Shown: in pieces, positions 11,003 through 26,409 of the stretch
How positions within the stretch are numbered: position 1 is the stretch's first letter
Layout of the letters: the number at the start of each line of letters is the position of its first letter
Assembly (NCBI GenBank): GCA_021613535.1
Contig: CP075495.1
Location: 2,976,001 to 3,040,000, forward strand
Source: Adineta vaga
Taxonomy: Eukaryota > Animalia > Rotifera
DNA length: 64,000 nucleotides
Reading direction: 5' to 3'
Program-made: the position numbers and the translations under genes
Notes under the pieces: model-generated
What the model was told of the DNA's origin: nothing
Database searches by the model: none
The model's input: the letters and a program-made list of their open reading frames with translations, nothing else

Positions 11003-14000
11003 ATGTATATTATTTCTCTAATTCTATTTTTCATTTTCATTCGTTGTCGAAATATTCTTGGCAATCAAATTGATATCGATATTCCTTCAATATCATCGTC
11101 ACATATATTTGAACTTTCATCAAATACATCACAATCTCTTCATCGTGATGTACTCTATGGACTTGTGGATGGTACATCTGGTGCCATTCCATCAGCAATT
11201 CATGTCCGAGCTTCGTATGAACAAGTTCAAATCGAACGATTTTTCAATCTTTATGAACCTAGTAATAAACAAAATCAACAACAGTTAAATAAAGAACCTA
11301 TTTTTCGCAGTTATTTACTTACACCAACATTTAATCGTTCATATCCATTTGTACGAGTATTAATCGCTTCGGCACAAGGATCTTATGAAAATATTTCCAT
11401 ATTGCCTATGTGTGCCATTGTCACAGCTGTGAATGATCAACATTTATATGAAACACAAGCTTGTTTCGTATCACCAAGTACAGGCCATTGTTTAGTAACT
11501 TTACCTGTATTAAAAATGGTGGAATATGCGACGAAAAATCAAACATTGAATAAAATTGAACTTTATCTTAAAGTAATCTCCATATAAAAACGTATTTTAT
11601 ATCAATTACTCTGATTTTTTGTTTAGCTTCATCATGTTGCACGAGTAAATGATTGTTTAGCTGATTCTACACCTAACCAAGATCATAGTCATCAAGAAAC
11701 ACGTATTGGCCATTCGGAATATCTTGATAATGATAATATTATCTTTTCAACGATCACTCGTTCATCCATATCCATTGATTATCCACAGGGTATTCATTAT
11801 GCAAATTGGTATTTTCCATTGAAATTAAAATTAATTCTTTCATCATCAACTCCTTCTTCAATTCTTCTTCGTTCTCGTATAACATCACATTTTTCCATTT
11901 ATTCAATTCAAAAACATCATTTTCAACTTAATCATACTCTTTCCAATCGAACAACATCAACAGATATCGATTTTCATATAACTATCAATCGAACAAATAA
12001 AAGCGAACAAAAAACTTCCATAGAAATTGATTTAGCAACTTTAACTCTAATCATTAATTCAACAAAACAATCGAAATCGAATTCCATTTTCTATATTGAT
12101 TTCTTTTTATTATCAAACAAATCATCGGATACAAAAGAATCGATCTTTCGAATACCCATTCATGTTCAATATGATGATACTCAAACAATTGTTGCTCTAA
12201 CGGATTTTACTAGTTTAATCAATATTGCTATGTTATCAATGCAAATGCAACAGTTTTCATTAAAAATTCTTGCCGTCAATTATTCCGGGTATGAAACTTG
12301 AGTATCCTTTTTGGAGAAAAGAAAACGAAATTTCGTTTGATATGTTTAGATCTATTCAATCCATTTCTCAAGCAGTATGTCATTCGGAAAATATCTATCT
12401 AATTCAAGTTGATTCCAATTGTAATCATATCTATTTTTCTGGTCATGAACGTGATGATTTCTTTGATCATATTAATAGTCCAACATCGATTGTTGTTCGA
12501 TATCAAAAATATCTTCAACGTTTACATTTTACAATCTATATACCTGAAAGACCATTACGTATTGAATTAAGTGATATGAAATTATCTCGAATTAATGGTT
12601 GGTTTATTATGAATCGTGATGAGGATCAACAGAAATCAGAATCATCAACGAATGTATCTGAAGATGAAGAAGAGGATGATGACGACGACGATGATGATGA
12701 GGATGATGATGATATTAAATGTCATCCAGTTTATCAAATAGCACTCGTTCATGTTTATACCAAATTCTATCGAACAACACAAAGTAAAATCATATCATCT
12801 AGAAATTTTTCTCTTTAAATTTCATTTCTAGATGGTGATCGTATTTATCTTTTCAATAAATTAAATGTTCTTATTACACCATTTGTTCGTAATCATCTTG
12901 AAACCGAAGATTCACGTGTAGCCATTGTTCGAAATGGTCGAGTAATTGGTATTGGACCTGGTATAACAAATGTTCGAGTAACTATTCTAAAAACAAAAAA
13001 ATGTTCTCTTTCATAAATCATTTAATCTTTTATTTAGATTTATTCATTTACAAATAAACTTCCCATGGGTTCAAAAACACTTTTTGTTGATGATCAAGAA
13101 TCCATACGTCTCGAAAATATTTCCTTGAATCTTTTAACAAATATCGATTTACAAACACATTTTATTGAACATGTTGATCCAATTTATAAGATTCAATTCC
13201 TTATCAAACCAATTTTCAATCGATTTAATCTAGATAATCATAATCAAGTAATATCAATTTAATCTCATTTCATTTCTATTTGTTTCTTTTCATAGTTTGG
13301 TCAAATTAATATTATTCTAATCTATTCCGATAATACTTCGATATCATTAGATGAAATTCCATCTGATTATTATCAATTTGATCTTGATCCTTCACGTACA
13401 AATCCATCATTAATACGATTTGATTCGATGACATCATGGAAAAATTTACATATTTATCCATTAGCTGTCGGTCAAACATTCGTACATGGTCGCCTTAAAC
13501 TAGGTCAACAACAATGTACAGATGATCGAAGTTTTTCTCAAACGGATCTTACCTGTGAATTAACAATTGAATCCCATGATAAACAACGAATTCCTAACAA
13601 ATATGATAATAATAATAATTCATATTCATCATCATATCATTCAAAAGATCATTATGTTATATTAAATAATCATCATGATCAACGAACAAAAACTTCTCCA
13701 TTTCTAATTGCTGTATCGATTCTTTTAGGTGCATGTATTGTTTTATTTCTTGCTTTTCTTGTTCACTGGTTTATACATTTTTATTATCAAAGAAAATCAG
13801 CAGATCCATTACGACGACGAAGACATTCAACACAAAGTGGTGCTGAAGAAGCCAATCATGATTGGATATTTCTTGATAGAAATTCTCTCGAAATGCCAAT
13901 CAAACAACAACAACCACAACCACAACAGCAACAAACACATTCACCATCCGTACATAGTTCAACATTTCATATAACATCGAATCCATTAATTAATGCGTCA

Positions 14001-14087
14001 ACATTACAAAGACAGAAGGAATTATCTGAACTTTCACATTCACAAATGATTGCTTATTTTGATAATTTAAAAGAATCTCATGCTTAA
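11003..14087 (+). CDS. TMEM132: TMEM132-family single-pass membrane protein (multi-exon)
   Basis: Signal peptide; PLRIELSDMKLSRINGW; CHPVYQIALVHVYTKF; GRVIGIGPGITNV; TM helix; NHDWIFL; C-terminal YFDNLKES. Confidence 0.85.
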
Positions 14088-14497
14088 TAATTCATTGACA
14101 TCCACACCGGTGTCAATATCTAGTCATATGAAGATTACGCAGTGAAAACTTTCGTTGATCGACAGTGAAGATGTCCTTGTTCCTTTATCATTTTGCAATG
14201 CTCAATTTGTCAAATAGACTTACGAAATTTATCATAATATATCAGAAAAGATTCAGAACATTATTTATAATTAGATTGACGAACTCCGTTCTTTTTTTTT
14301 CTTTTTTATATGTTGTGCATTTTCATACCATTTCAGTTCTTTTTTTTATTTATGTATTGAGTTTGTTTTCTTTTCATTCGTTTATATTCGTAATCGAACA
14401 TAAATATTGATTTGTATGTGTGATTATTATTAGTATTTTTTTTTCATTTAGAAAAGAACTAAGATATTCAAATAAAGTAAAAGTAATTAAAATAGTT

Positions 14498-15031
14498 TCA
14501 TTTTGTATTGGATGAATTCGGTGTTGCTGGTTTTTGTTCTTCAATTTGACTTGATCGATCATTTATTTGTTCTTTGTTTGCTGTGGAAGGTGGACGATCA
14601 GTATTTGAAGATGTTAATTCAGGTGGATCATATTGAGTACCAATTGAATTACATTGTGGATAATAATAGGGTAAATTTTGTTCTGTAGTATGAATTTTTG
14701 ATATTGCGATAGGTTGTTGATATGTATATGGATTATATTGAGAATTAAGTTGTTGAATTTTCTCTGGTGGTGCCATTCTACCGACTAATCGAATAGTTGC
14801 TAGATTTTTTATCCCAAAACAACTTAATACTGCATCCGTATGTGGATGTAATTCTTGACCATGAAAAACAAGATTTTGTAATGTTCGTGGTACTCGAAAA
14901 TCTCGTTCGATAATAGTCATTAAATCAGCTACAGTTGGTTCAACACCATCATATGCTGGCACAGATATTTCGTGAATATCTCCACCGAAATGAAGTTGAA
15001 GTTTGACACAAAAAACGCGTGGTTGATACAT
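14498..15031 (-). CDS. Ubiquitin-like domain protein (BAG1-type Ubl, no BAG domain), intronless
   Basis: EPTVADLMTIIERDFRVPRTLQNLVFHGQEL...LSCFGIKNLATIRLVGR resembles the BAG1 Ubl domain; followed by a Q/P/Y-rich tail. Confidence 0.7.
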   Translation of the reverse strand: MYQPRVFCVKLQLHFGGDIHEISVPAYDGVEPTVADLMTIIERDFRVPRTLQNLVFHGQELHPHTDAVLSCFGIKNLATIRLVGRMAPPEKIQQLNSQYNPYTYQQPIAISKIHTTEQNLPYYYPQCNSIGTQYDPPELTSSNTDRPPSTANKEQINDRSSQIEEQKPATPNSSNTK

Positions 15032-15433
15032 CAGTTAATTCGGAGAAAAGAAATTATAATTCGAGACTTCTCAGTTTTCTTTTCTATTTGCAAACATACA
15101 AGCAGAAGTGTTACTTGATTGTGTTGCTATTGGCGTTAAGAAGTGAAAAAAATGAGTAGGAGAAAGAAAAAGGAAAAGAATATTGACGATCTCTCTTTCT
15201 TTTTTTCTTCCCTCGTATTAGGCAAGTCTTTTCTTTCAAACATTGGTAGTTACAACACATAGAAAATGATCGGAACGTTTTATTTGTAAAAAAATAACAA
15301 ATAATAACAATAACAATGAAAGAAAAGATTTATTCCATATCGGATAATTGCTCATCATCACTAAGTTCAAGATCATTGCGTTTCTTTCTGTTAGACTTTT
15401 GTATTTTCTAGAATACAAAGAAAAAAAAATATA

Positions 15434-17748
15434 TCATGCAGATTCATCAATAGAATTGCTCATTATCTATTCCAGTATCATTAAGTATAGATCAAAAATC
15501 GTATAGAACGAGACTGTTTTCTCACTAAGTATATGTTAAGAAGTTGAAGAATTCTTACATTGAATCGTTGTAAACGTCTGTTTCGTTTTAATTTACTGTA
15601 TTCTTGTGCAATGTCATCAATATGTTTTTCATTTTCAGCTCGTTCAGCTTCAGCACCTAAAACTCGTTCATTTTCAATTTGTTCACGACGTAAACGTTTC
15701 AAACGTTTTTTAAGGTTTTTCTCTTTTTGTATTGAAAAAGCGACAGTCTATTGAATAAATAAAACAATCATTTCAACAATCAAAAGACTACTCTCTCTCT
15801 CTTACTCTAACACGTTTTTGTGGTCTTAAACTTGGATCGTCTTTTTCCATTTGTCGTTTTTTTGCTAAACTTTTATCCCTTAAAAAATAAAGCAAATTCT
15901 AATATTGATTCATCGAATTATGAAGAAATTTACTTGTAAGGAATAGCATCAGCATTGATGGTTTTATTTTGATTAAAATTGGAGATATCCCGATTTCTTA
16001 ATTCAGGCATTCTTGGTAAATGAACAAGTGCAAAAGCACCTTCAGCAACTCCAACTAAATCAAGTTCTTTCAAACGTAAGAGAAGTGAACATTCATGTTT
16101 AGCATATGCTTGAACATAAGAAACAAACGCTTGTTTTGATCGATCATAAATACCTCTATACATAATAAAACAAAAATAAAGATCACAAAAGATTTTTTTC
16201 TATTTCATATTCTTACTTATCACTTGTAGCTAATTGTCGTACAGTAGGTACGATATTTTCAATCGTATTGATATCAGGTGTTGTCATTTCAGTTAATGGT
16301 ACTTTTTGACTATTCAACAGAAAATTTACATAAGCACCTTCATTTGGTAAAAGCATTAATAATGCATTTCCAAGTCTTCCAAGCCGAGCTGTTCGACCGC
16401 AACTAAAACATAATTCATTGATTGTCAAAGAAGCTTCGTAAAGAGTTTTATCTACCGATGAACAAACTGTACAACTGTGGTTGGTGGATCATATTGAATA
16501 ACCCAATCGACATCTGGTAAATCAATTCCACGTGCAACAATATCCGTACATAAAAGTACTGATGTCGTTGTTGTTGATGTTTCCGAACGAAATTGTTCAA
16601 TAACTGTTGTACGTTTATTGCGTAATTTTCGATGTATCGCATAAACTGTTGTTGATGTTGATGAACGAAATAGATGCTTTAGTATACTAGCAAAATATTG
16701 AACACAAGCGCACGTAGAAAAGAAAATCATTATCTTTGCTGGACGTTGTTCATTAATGAAATGTATTAATTGACTAAGTTTTTCATTGGGTTCACAAATC
16801 TAAATGATCAGAATACATTCGAGTTTTTCTGTTCAAAATATACAAACCATATAAATATTTTTCAATGTTGATGGTGTACGTTGAGCAGCAGCGGATCCCG
16901 TTTGTTTGACTGTAATTCGAACAGGATTTCGAAGACCAGCACGAATCAATTTTTCTAATTCATCAGTTTGAGTAGCAGAAAATAAGCCAGTTCGTCGTTG
17001 TTTTGGAAGAGCATCGAATATTGTATTCAAACTAAAAGAAGGTATTTAGTGAATGTCGACATTGTGAAGGAGATATCCTACCTTGTTAAAAATCCTAAAT
17101 CCAGTAGGCGATCAGCTTCATCTAAGATCAACATTTCCTAAAAGATAGTTTCAATAAAAATGAATGAAAGCATTTGAATAACATACAAGACTTTTGAGAT
17201 TTGTAATGAGATTGAACGCATTCGTTTTCACTTTTAATAATTCTTCAAATCGACCTGGTGTTGCTATGACAATTGATCCACCATGTTGATGAAATTGTTC
17301 AATATCAGATTCATGTTTTGTTCCACCAACAAATCTAACGCATGAAAATCGTTGTTGATCATCGAATGATTGAATAAATTCATTTACAATATCAAATGTT
17401 TGTTGAGCTAATTCACGTGTTGGTGAAATAATCAATGAATGAATATGATATTTATCAAAACGAGTTTCATTTGTATATTTTTTCAAAAGCATTTCAAGAA
17501 GTGGCACAACAAATGCAAGTGTTTTTCCACTACCAGTTACAGCTTCGACACAAACATCTTTATGTTGAAGAAAGAGTGGAATGGTAATTGCCTAGATTGA
17601 ATAAATAATTATCTTAAAAAACTTTAATTTAGTTACCTACTTGAACTGGTGTCATTTTATTGAATTTTTTTCCTTTTAGAAATGTTAATATTTTCAAATT
17701 TAATGTTGCTGGCCATCGATCCGTAAATGTTTCATTCGTTTTACTCAT
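15434..17748 (-). CDS. DDX55: ATP-dependent RNA helicase DDX55/Spb4 (multi-exon)
   Basis: [63 protein letters not shown]...HLPRMPELR. Confidence 0.93.
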
Positions 17749-17917
17749 TGTTTTCAAAAATCTAAAATAGGACTATGACATATGAGGAGATGATCTTTTT
17801 TCTTTGTTTTCATTGAACGGTTGCTAATAAGTATGTTTTTTTCTCTCGACAAGGACAAAAGTAGATTCATTTTTTTACACAAAAAAGAAAAAAAACCGTA
17901 TGTTTTTAGCATCAATT

Positions 17918-18976
<1,059 letters not shown>

Positions 18977-19044
18977 GATTTCTTTAAATAAAACCAACAA
19001 ACAAACTCAATCAAATATCAATCGTAATCGTACACAATATATGA

Positions 19045-19560
19045 TAGTGGCGCCCTCTAATATTCCGATCGAATATCTCAATTGAAATCAACGAAATATT
19101 CACTTAAATGTAAATCTTCGTTGAGAAAATCTTTTCACACAAACTTTTGGTTTTTCTTCACTGAAATTTTCCTATTGGTTCATTTTCTCAAAGCAAAGAG
19201 AGAGAAGAAAAAAACAACAGATGAATGACGTCACGCATACTACGCTTTGCATTGCTTATTCTATTGCAAAAGACGTTTCTTCGCGTTGATATAGGTACAA
19301 TACTCAATAACGAAATCAAGGTGTGCATAAAGAATTCTTTCAATAAGTAAAAAAAACTTAGATCTAAATAAAAGAAAGATTCTCATAACGTATTCTCCTT
19401 GGAAAAAACAAACTAATCTTATTGATCATTAATTGACCTTTTCCCAAAACATCAAGCGTAAATAACACTAGACAAACTTTCAACTGAATGAAAACCTCAA
19501 CTGATGAGTCATCGAATTCACTAATCTAGTCCTATATCGGTCAGCTGTGATCATGACTCA
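19045..19560. promoter_or_regulatory. Divergent NDUFS8/CECR2 promoter with CTCF-like, CRE and AP-1 motifs
   Basis: TAGTGGCGCCCTCTA 19045-19059; TGACGTCA 19226-19233; TGAGTCA 19505-19511; TGACTCA 19554-19560; lies between head-to-head ATGs at 18976 and 19610. Confidence 0.45.
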
Positions 19561-19609
19561 CACAATGATGTTTTGTTTTTTTTAGAAGTAAACAACAACA
19601 ACCAGGGCC

Positions 19610-22600
19610 ATGTCATCCGAATGGCCCGATGCACAATTATCGAATATACAAAAAAGTATGTCAATACAAGGCAATAATATTTGTTTATTTTTTTTTAAAT
19701 TTCAATAGCTTTACAAAACAGTTGGCAAATTCCTTATATAACATTATATGCCCGAATATTTTGTGAAGCTTTTCAACTATTCGATTTTCATCAAGAGGTA
19801 CGAGAGAAAATTTCGAACGATTGAAATAGTTTTTTTATTTGATTTTAAAGGAATTGGAAGATGCATTATTATCTGATAATCCCGAAGAAATTCATCCTTT
19901 TCTTCAAGAACTTCTCATATCATTACTTACCGGATTAACACGTTTACATGTCAAGTAAATTATTGAAATACTTTATGTTTAAATATGACATAATTTATTT
20001 TTCTTATAGTTCGGGTAATATGTTTATGATGTTGAGTAGTGTTCTTAAAAAATGTGATCTGACTATTGATTCTTCTTGTTCATCATTTGTTATGACAATA
20101 TCTGATGATACAATATCAACAACTGAATGGAACGAAATGGGAATTTTTGAAAAAGTAACCGTTTTACGCGCTTTATGCGATGCAAAACTTAATCGACCAG
20201 ATATTGAACAAATTACAGAAGTAAATACGAAAACGAAATGATGTACAAACTGAATTCGATTTTCTCTTATCATTCATTTAGAATATGCCAGCTGATTCAC
20301 TTCGTTTTGAACCATTTGGTGAAGATTCACGGGGAAATAAATTATGGTATTTTGGCGATACACGTCTCTATTCTGATTCATCGAATAAAGATACTGAGTA
20401 AGTAGTATAATAATAAAATCTATTCAATGGAAGAAAAACGACATTTTTATTAGACACGCCTTTCCGGTATCGTTTGATAGTTTGCTATTCATGTTTTAAG
20501 TGTTACAATTAGTTGAAACTCGTGGGCATTGATAGTCGTTTTTATTCGGAACATAGCTATTATTGAAAATATCGAGAATACAACAGACGTAAACAAATAC
20601 TCAGATTTCTACGAATCTAAAGAAAAAGATTAATATCGCCTATATTCACTTGAATGATTTGATTCGTAAATTATTTTCACTATTAAAATGAATAGATTGA
20701 ATAAAAACAAATATCACTCCACGTATTACAAACTTGAATAGATCATTTACTAAGTTCAAGATCAATCGAGCCTTAGTCTTTGAAATAGTGATTAGCTTGG
20801 AAAGATTTCTTATAAGTTCTTTTTTTAAATTTTATTTAGAACATCAACATGGCAATGTGTTTGTCGTACATTAGATGAATGGAATACATATATTGAAACA
20901 TTTCGTAAAACATGCTCAAGAAAAAATTCGAGCCTTAAAGATCGTAAATTATTAGAACGTTTAGTAGAATTAAATACGGAATTACCTGAAATTTATGCAC
21001 GTAAAGAACGTGAAAGACAACGTCGGTGGACATCTTATGAACCGAAGCGTTCTTCAACACGTCTTGAAGCTAAACGACAACAACGGATAGAATTAGAAGA
21101 AATAACTCAAGAACAAAAAGCGCGACATGAAAAATTTCTTGAATTCAAACGACGTCAAGAAGAAACTATTGCGAAAGAAAAAGAACGTTTAGAACGTAGT
21201 GAACGAGTTAAACGCAGAGAAGGTTTGATAATAAAACAATTGTCTAGTTTTCATTCATTTTGTTAATGAAATTCTTTATTTTATATTCTTTAAGAACGCG
21301 CAGATCGTATTCGACGTCGAGCAGCGGTTGGATCATCTACAGGTGCAGTAGATGGTTCAGAAATGTCGGATAATAGCAATGCATCATCAACATTAAATGA
21401 TGAATCTAGTAATCCTATAGACACCAGTGATATACATCAAAAAGGTAAAGTTAATCTTCTGTTTCAATACTTTCTACAGATTATATTTTAGTATTGACTT
21501 TATTACGAACAAATGAGAACAGTTGGCCATTTCTTGAACCCGTTACTGAAGAATTAGCACCAAGATATTTCGCAATTATAGAAGTAAAAACACCATGAAA
21601 CTAGAGTTACTTGATTTCTATTGAAAATCCTCGTATGTATTTAGAATCCAATGGATCTTTCAACTGTTCAACAAAAGATAAATGCTAAAGCGTATGTTAA
21701 TAATTCAGTGGAATTCATTCGAGACATTGAACTTATGGTCGCCAATTGTGAAAAATACAATGGCAAACGAAGCAGTAAGGAATAGTTAATTTGATTATTT
21801 CGATGTCATATTTTCTTCTGTATAGTTTTGGGACGATTAGCTAATCGTCTTCTTCGTTATTTTAAAGATTGTTGGTCTGAATACCAACCAGCTACACCAC
21901 AATTTGATGATGATCTCGATGATTTTAATCCATTGAAACGACGTTTACATGAATCAACATCGACTAGTATTACAAGAGATAAAAATAATAATACAAGACC
22001 AAGAAAAAATTATCGACAACTAGCTGGTTTAAGTGATGACGACGATGAGGATGAAGCTGAGTATGTACCTGCACCGAGTTCCAAACGCGTAAGTACTTTA
22101 TTTTCCTTAAAGAACAAAAATATAACTCTTACTGATGACTTTTTCTTTTCTCTAGGCTCGTCATTCAACACCATCAGTACCAATCTATATAACAATTGAT
22201 CCTGATTCTCCCGCATCCATAGTCTATCACGATCATTCATATTTTATTCGTCATGAATCTACAGATACTACTCATCGACGGAAATCATCAATACCAATTG
22301 CAAAACCTTTGATAACTAATCAATCGCACACTCAAATTCAAACTCAGACTCAGACTTCTCTACCTTCTGTACAAGTTCTCAATCGATTACTCCTTGAACA
22401 TCAACAAAAAACAAAGAATTCTACAACTGATCTATCTACAAATCCTTCAACGTCAACATCCTCAACACCACCACCACCAACAACAACAACAACGACGACT
22501 ATAGATTTCAGTGCAATTCTTCGTGCACTTCTAGCTAAACAAGGTCAACATATAACTACAATTGAAAAAAAACTCGATCATAACGCAGCAATTCCTCTTC

Positions 22601-22665
22601 CTTCGTCGAACACATCATCCCAACCTGTTATTGCATCTCAAACACACTCTGATTCATCAACATAA
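19610..22665 (+). CDS. CECR2: CECR2-like bromodomain chromatin remodelling regulator (multi-exon)
   Basis: LQNSWQIPYITLYARIFCEAFQLFDFHQEELEDALL (DDT-like), SLRFEPFGEDSRGNKLWYFGDTRLY, bromodomain [29 protein letters not shown]...NCEKYNG. Confidence 0.85.
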
Positions 22666-23069
22666 CTATTCATTTGAAGAAGAGATAAACAAAATATTTT
22701 AATTCTCTCACATTTTTCGTTCTTCTTATTGTGTACAAAAAGAAAAAAGTGGATTTGATTATTCGAGAAAAAATAGCAAACCCTATGAGCATGTATCTTC
22801 TTTGAACATTCGTTCCGTTCTTTCTCGTTCTTGTTTCATTGTCCGTTTCTGTCTCTATGTTTGTATGTATTGTTTTGATGCTAGTGAAACAAAACAGAAA
22901 ACCGTACAACAAGCGAATATAAACTGATTACTAAATGCAATAAGATTTCAATGGAATATTATAAAATAAATGTCTTTTCTTTGTTCAATGATTATAATAA
23001 TGACAAAAAATTAAAACAAAAAAAGAATCAAGCATAAGTAACTACAAGATACAAATCAAGCAAAAATGT

Positions 23070-25106
23070 TTAATTGTCAAAACCGTCATCATCATCATTA
23101 TCATCGTTGAAATTTCGACGGCGAGAATTTGGAATCAAAGCACCTAAAGCAGACAATTGATTACCAGTGGAAGTTGTATTTCCTACAATGTTTGTCTTTG
23201 ATATAAAATCATTGATACTCGATATTGGTCGAGTATTATTGGACGGAGATGGTGAACGACGTTCATTAAAGTTTGATGATGTTTGTGTCTATCAAAGAAG
23301 ATGTAAAAAAATCAATCAGTTTTATATGAATAGGAAGAAAACTAAAAAACTAAATTACATTCATATACTCATGTTGTGGTGTATAGCCTTCTGTATAATC
23401 TTTTGGTGTGTCATTAACTCGTTGAGTACGTGTAGTACTAGCTGTTGATGATGATGAGATATATCCACCAATTGGTGTTGGTGAAGCTTCACGTGAACGT
23501 TGTTCACGTTCATAATTATTCGTATTCGAATTTGAACTTCGGTATTTTGTTTCATAGGATGATGTTGACGATGAATGATAATAATTTCGATTTGAAACTG
23601 GATTTTCAGTGACAATTGTATTCATAGGACTATCAGTAGAATATTTACGATTAATTTTGTCTTCATCGATACTCAAACGAGAATAATTATCTGTAAATCA
23701 AAGAAAAAAAGAATCGTTTTCTGAAAAAGAAATTTAGTTAAAATAGTCTATTACCTGATAGATTACTTTGCCGTTGGTAAGAATCATTTGATGTTATTGA
23801 TGGACTTCGACTTCGATCTCGTTGATTATCCTGTATTGGATTGATCGGTGTTTCCATACGATCAATTGTGGAATCTGTTCGTTTCGATTGTACAACAACA
23901 GGTATATCAACAAGAGCTGATGTCTTATTATTACCATAGGAAAGTTTTTCACCATCATATGAATATTTTCTACGATCATTATCTTCGGTAGATTTTGTTG
24001 GTTGTGAATCATTTGTTTTATATTCAACAGGTATTCGAAAACCAGTTGGACTTGGTGATCGTCGATATTTTGAATCAACAAGGTTGTCTACTGAATTTTT
24101 GCGTTGATTTCCTGTTGAAATGTGTTCACGTGAAGTATTACTATATCGTTGATTTGTTGGTGTAGAACTAGAATTATCTCGAAAAACATTTTCACTTGAA
24201 TTACTTCTTTGTCGTGTTTGTTGAAATGTTTCGGTTGATCGATCGAGATCATTACCATACGATGGACGTCGTCCATATCGATTCTCATATGTTGATGTTT
24301 GTTCTGTTGACATTGTAACACCACTAATTAAACCATGTGCACCAAATTGTTTTGTATAACATGATTTACAATAAATTTCACCTTTATGTTCAGATAAATG
24401 TGTAGCATCTAATTTTCTCTTACATGTAAAACAATTGAAACAACTCGAATGAAATGCCTAGAAATGAGAGAAGTATTAATATCGAATAAGAACTTTAAAC
24501 AAAAACACATACTCGACCAGCACCAACTTTTCTCTCAGCTAAATAGACACTCTTTAGACATCGAGCACATTTTTCTCCACCACCACCATATTGTGGCATT
24601 ATTGTTGCTGTCTGTGGTTGTTGTTGTTGTTGTTGTTGTTGTTGTGTTGGTTGATTTTGTCGATTTGGATAAGGATTATGTAGTGGATTTATATGATGTC
24701 CAATGCCTGCTGTTGGCAACTTACGTACTGTTTTTGGACTACCTGTAATACTAAAAAAAGAAAAAAATGTAAAAAAAAATGCGAAATAAGACTCATAAAA
24801 AAAGCTCTTATGGTATTGATTTAAGGATTCAGCACTATATTTTGTATGTTCCAGTCATTCATCGAGAATATGAAAAAAAAACTCCTCTTTCTGTCTCTTT
24901 TGAATTGATTCATGTAATATATTTATAACTATTAACCTATTCTATAGGTTTCAATAGAATAAAATCAACAAAAAAGAATCCCGAACGAACGAACGAACGA
25001 AACAAATTCTTGACACTTACTCAGCCACATATTCAGAATAGTTGACACGAAATGTCGATGACGAAGTGTTGTCATTAGTTGACGTTCTTGTAGAAGTAGA
25101 GGACAT
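23070..25106 (-). CDS. CRP/MLP-type LIM-domain protein with long Ser/Arg/Thr-rich tail
   Basis: GGGGEKCARCLKSVYLAERKVGAGRAFHSSCFNCFTCKRKLDATHLSEHKGEIYCKSCYTKQFGAHG; poly-Q; several short introns. Confidence 0.8.
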
Positions 25107-26409
25107 TGTTGAATTTTGTGTTTTTCTCAATGAGTTTATATCTGTTAAAACTTAACGTCCTTTTCGTTTTTTATATACGCACTCAACGCTGCACTCCTAC
25201 TCATTCGTTTTTCTTCTTCTTTCAATATGATATTTTTTCTTCGTTCTCATCAAAAGCACGCTGTTTGTTAACAAACAATGATGATAATAGAAGTGTGCAG
25301 AAAACGAAAGAGAATGCATTGGAATGTTGATGAAATATTCACCAATAATTTATGATTCGTCTTGTTCTTTTCTTTTACCTTTTTTGGGTATCTTATTTGT
25401 CATTTCATTACATATTCACCATTTTCAAATTGAAAAAGAAAATAACCAAAGATTCATCGATTTCTTATGAATCAGAAGTATGACTAGTGCATGAATGGAG
25501 GTGGTGAACTCGATTTGATTGATTGACAATGAGAAAAGTAAAACATATCTGTTAGTTGATTATGAGCAGTTGTTACCTTTAACGTTTATCTTAAAATGCA
25601 GACTTCTTTTTCTTATCTTCAATAATAATGACAACCTAGACAGAGAACGAATAACAACAACTGGCAGAAACTAGATGTAATTTAAACAATATGATTTCAG
25701 ATTGTTTATACAAAAGAATGAATGTGTATTTTTCATTTCGATTTATGAACAGATCAACATCACGTACTGATGACAAGGTATACACACGCTCAAATGAATA
25801 GCAGTGTATCATTTGTAAGATAAAATCGATTAGCAAAATTTTGTTAGCAGAAAATCAGCTGAAAAATTGATGATTTTAATTGTCAAGTAATTATATTTCT
25901 TAAACGTCATCTATAGCCTTTGATTTGATAAAAATCAAATATTTGAATCATTTTTCACAACAAATCACTTTGATTCATGTCACAAGTACGATGTAATATA
26001 CATGCGTTCGTTAGTTCTTCTATCTGACTCAGAAATGTATGATTCATCATGATGAAATGAGCAAGCGTCTCGAAAGACTAGTAAAAATGTTCTTTTTCTT
26101 ATGTTCCCGATGCAATGAAAAGGCGAAGGAAAAAAAACCTTATTGCTTTTTCTATGCGTGGGTTTTGTTTCCATTATGACTAACGAACGAGAACTGTTCG
26201 TCAGATGAGAAATATAAAACTTGTATCGGAATAAGCAAAATTGAAATATAAAAAACATTTATATCGTCAAAGAAAACAACAAGAGAAAAAGAGCATCAAC
26301 ATTAATAACCTATTTACAAGAGGTAAATTTACATAGTCATTGTATTTTAAAGCACAAAAACAAGAATATTGCTCATTTTGTTCCATAGAAAACAACGACA
26401 TATTCTACA

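Noticed and set aside
12302-12311. GTATCCTTTT, a perfect U12-type 5' splice site in TMEM132
   Set aside because: It follows an in-frame TGA; the upstream GTATGA donor at 12289 gives the correct frame.
24620-24646. Poly-Q (CAA) tracts here and near 35765, 56960 and 59835
   Set aside because: Ordinary low-complexity coding repeats.
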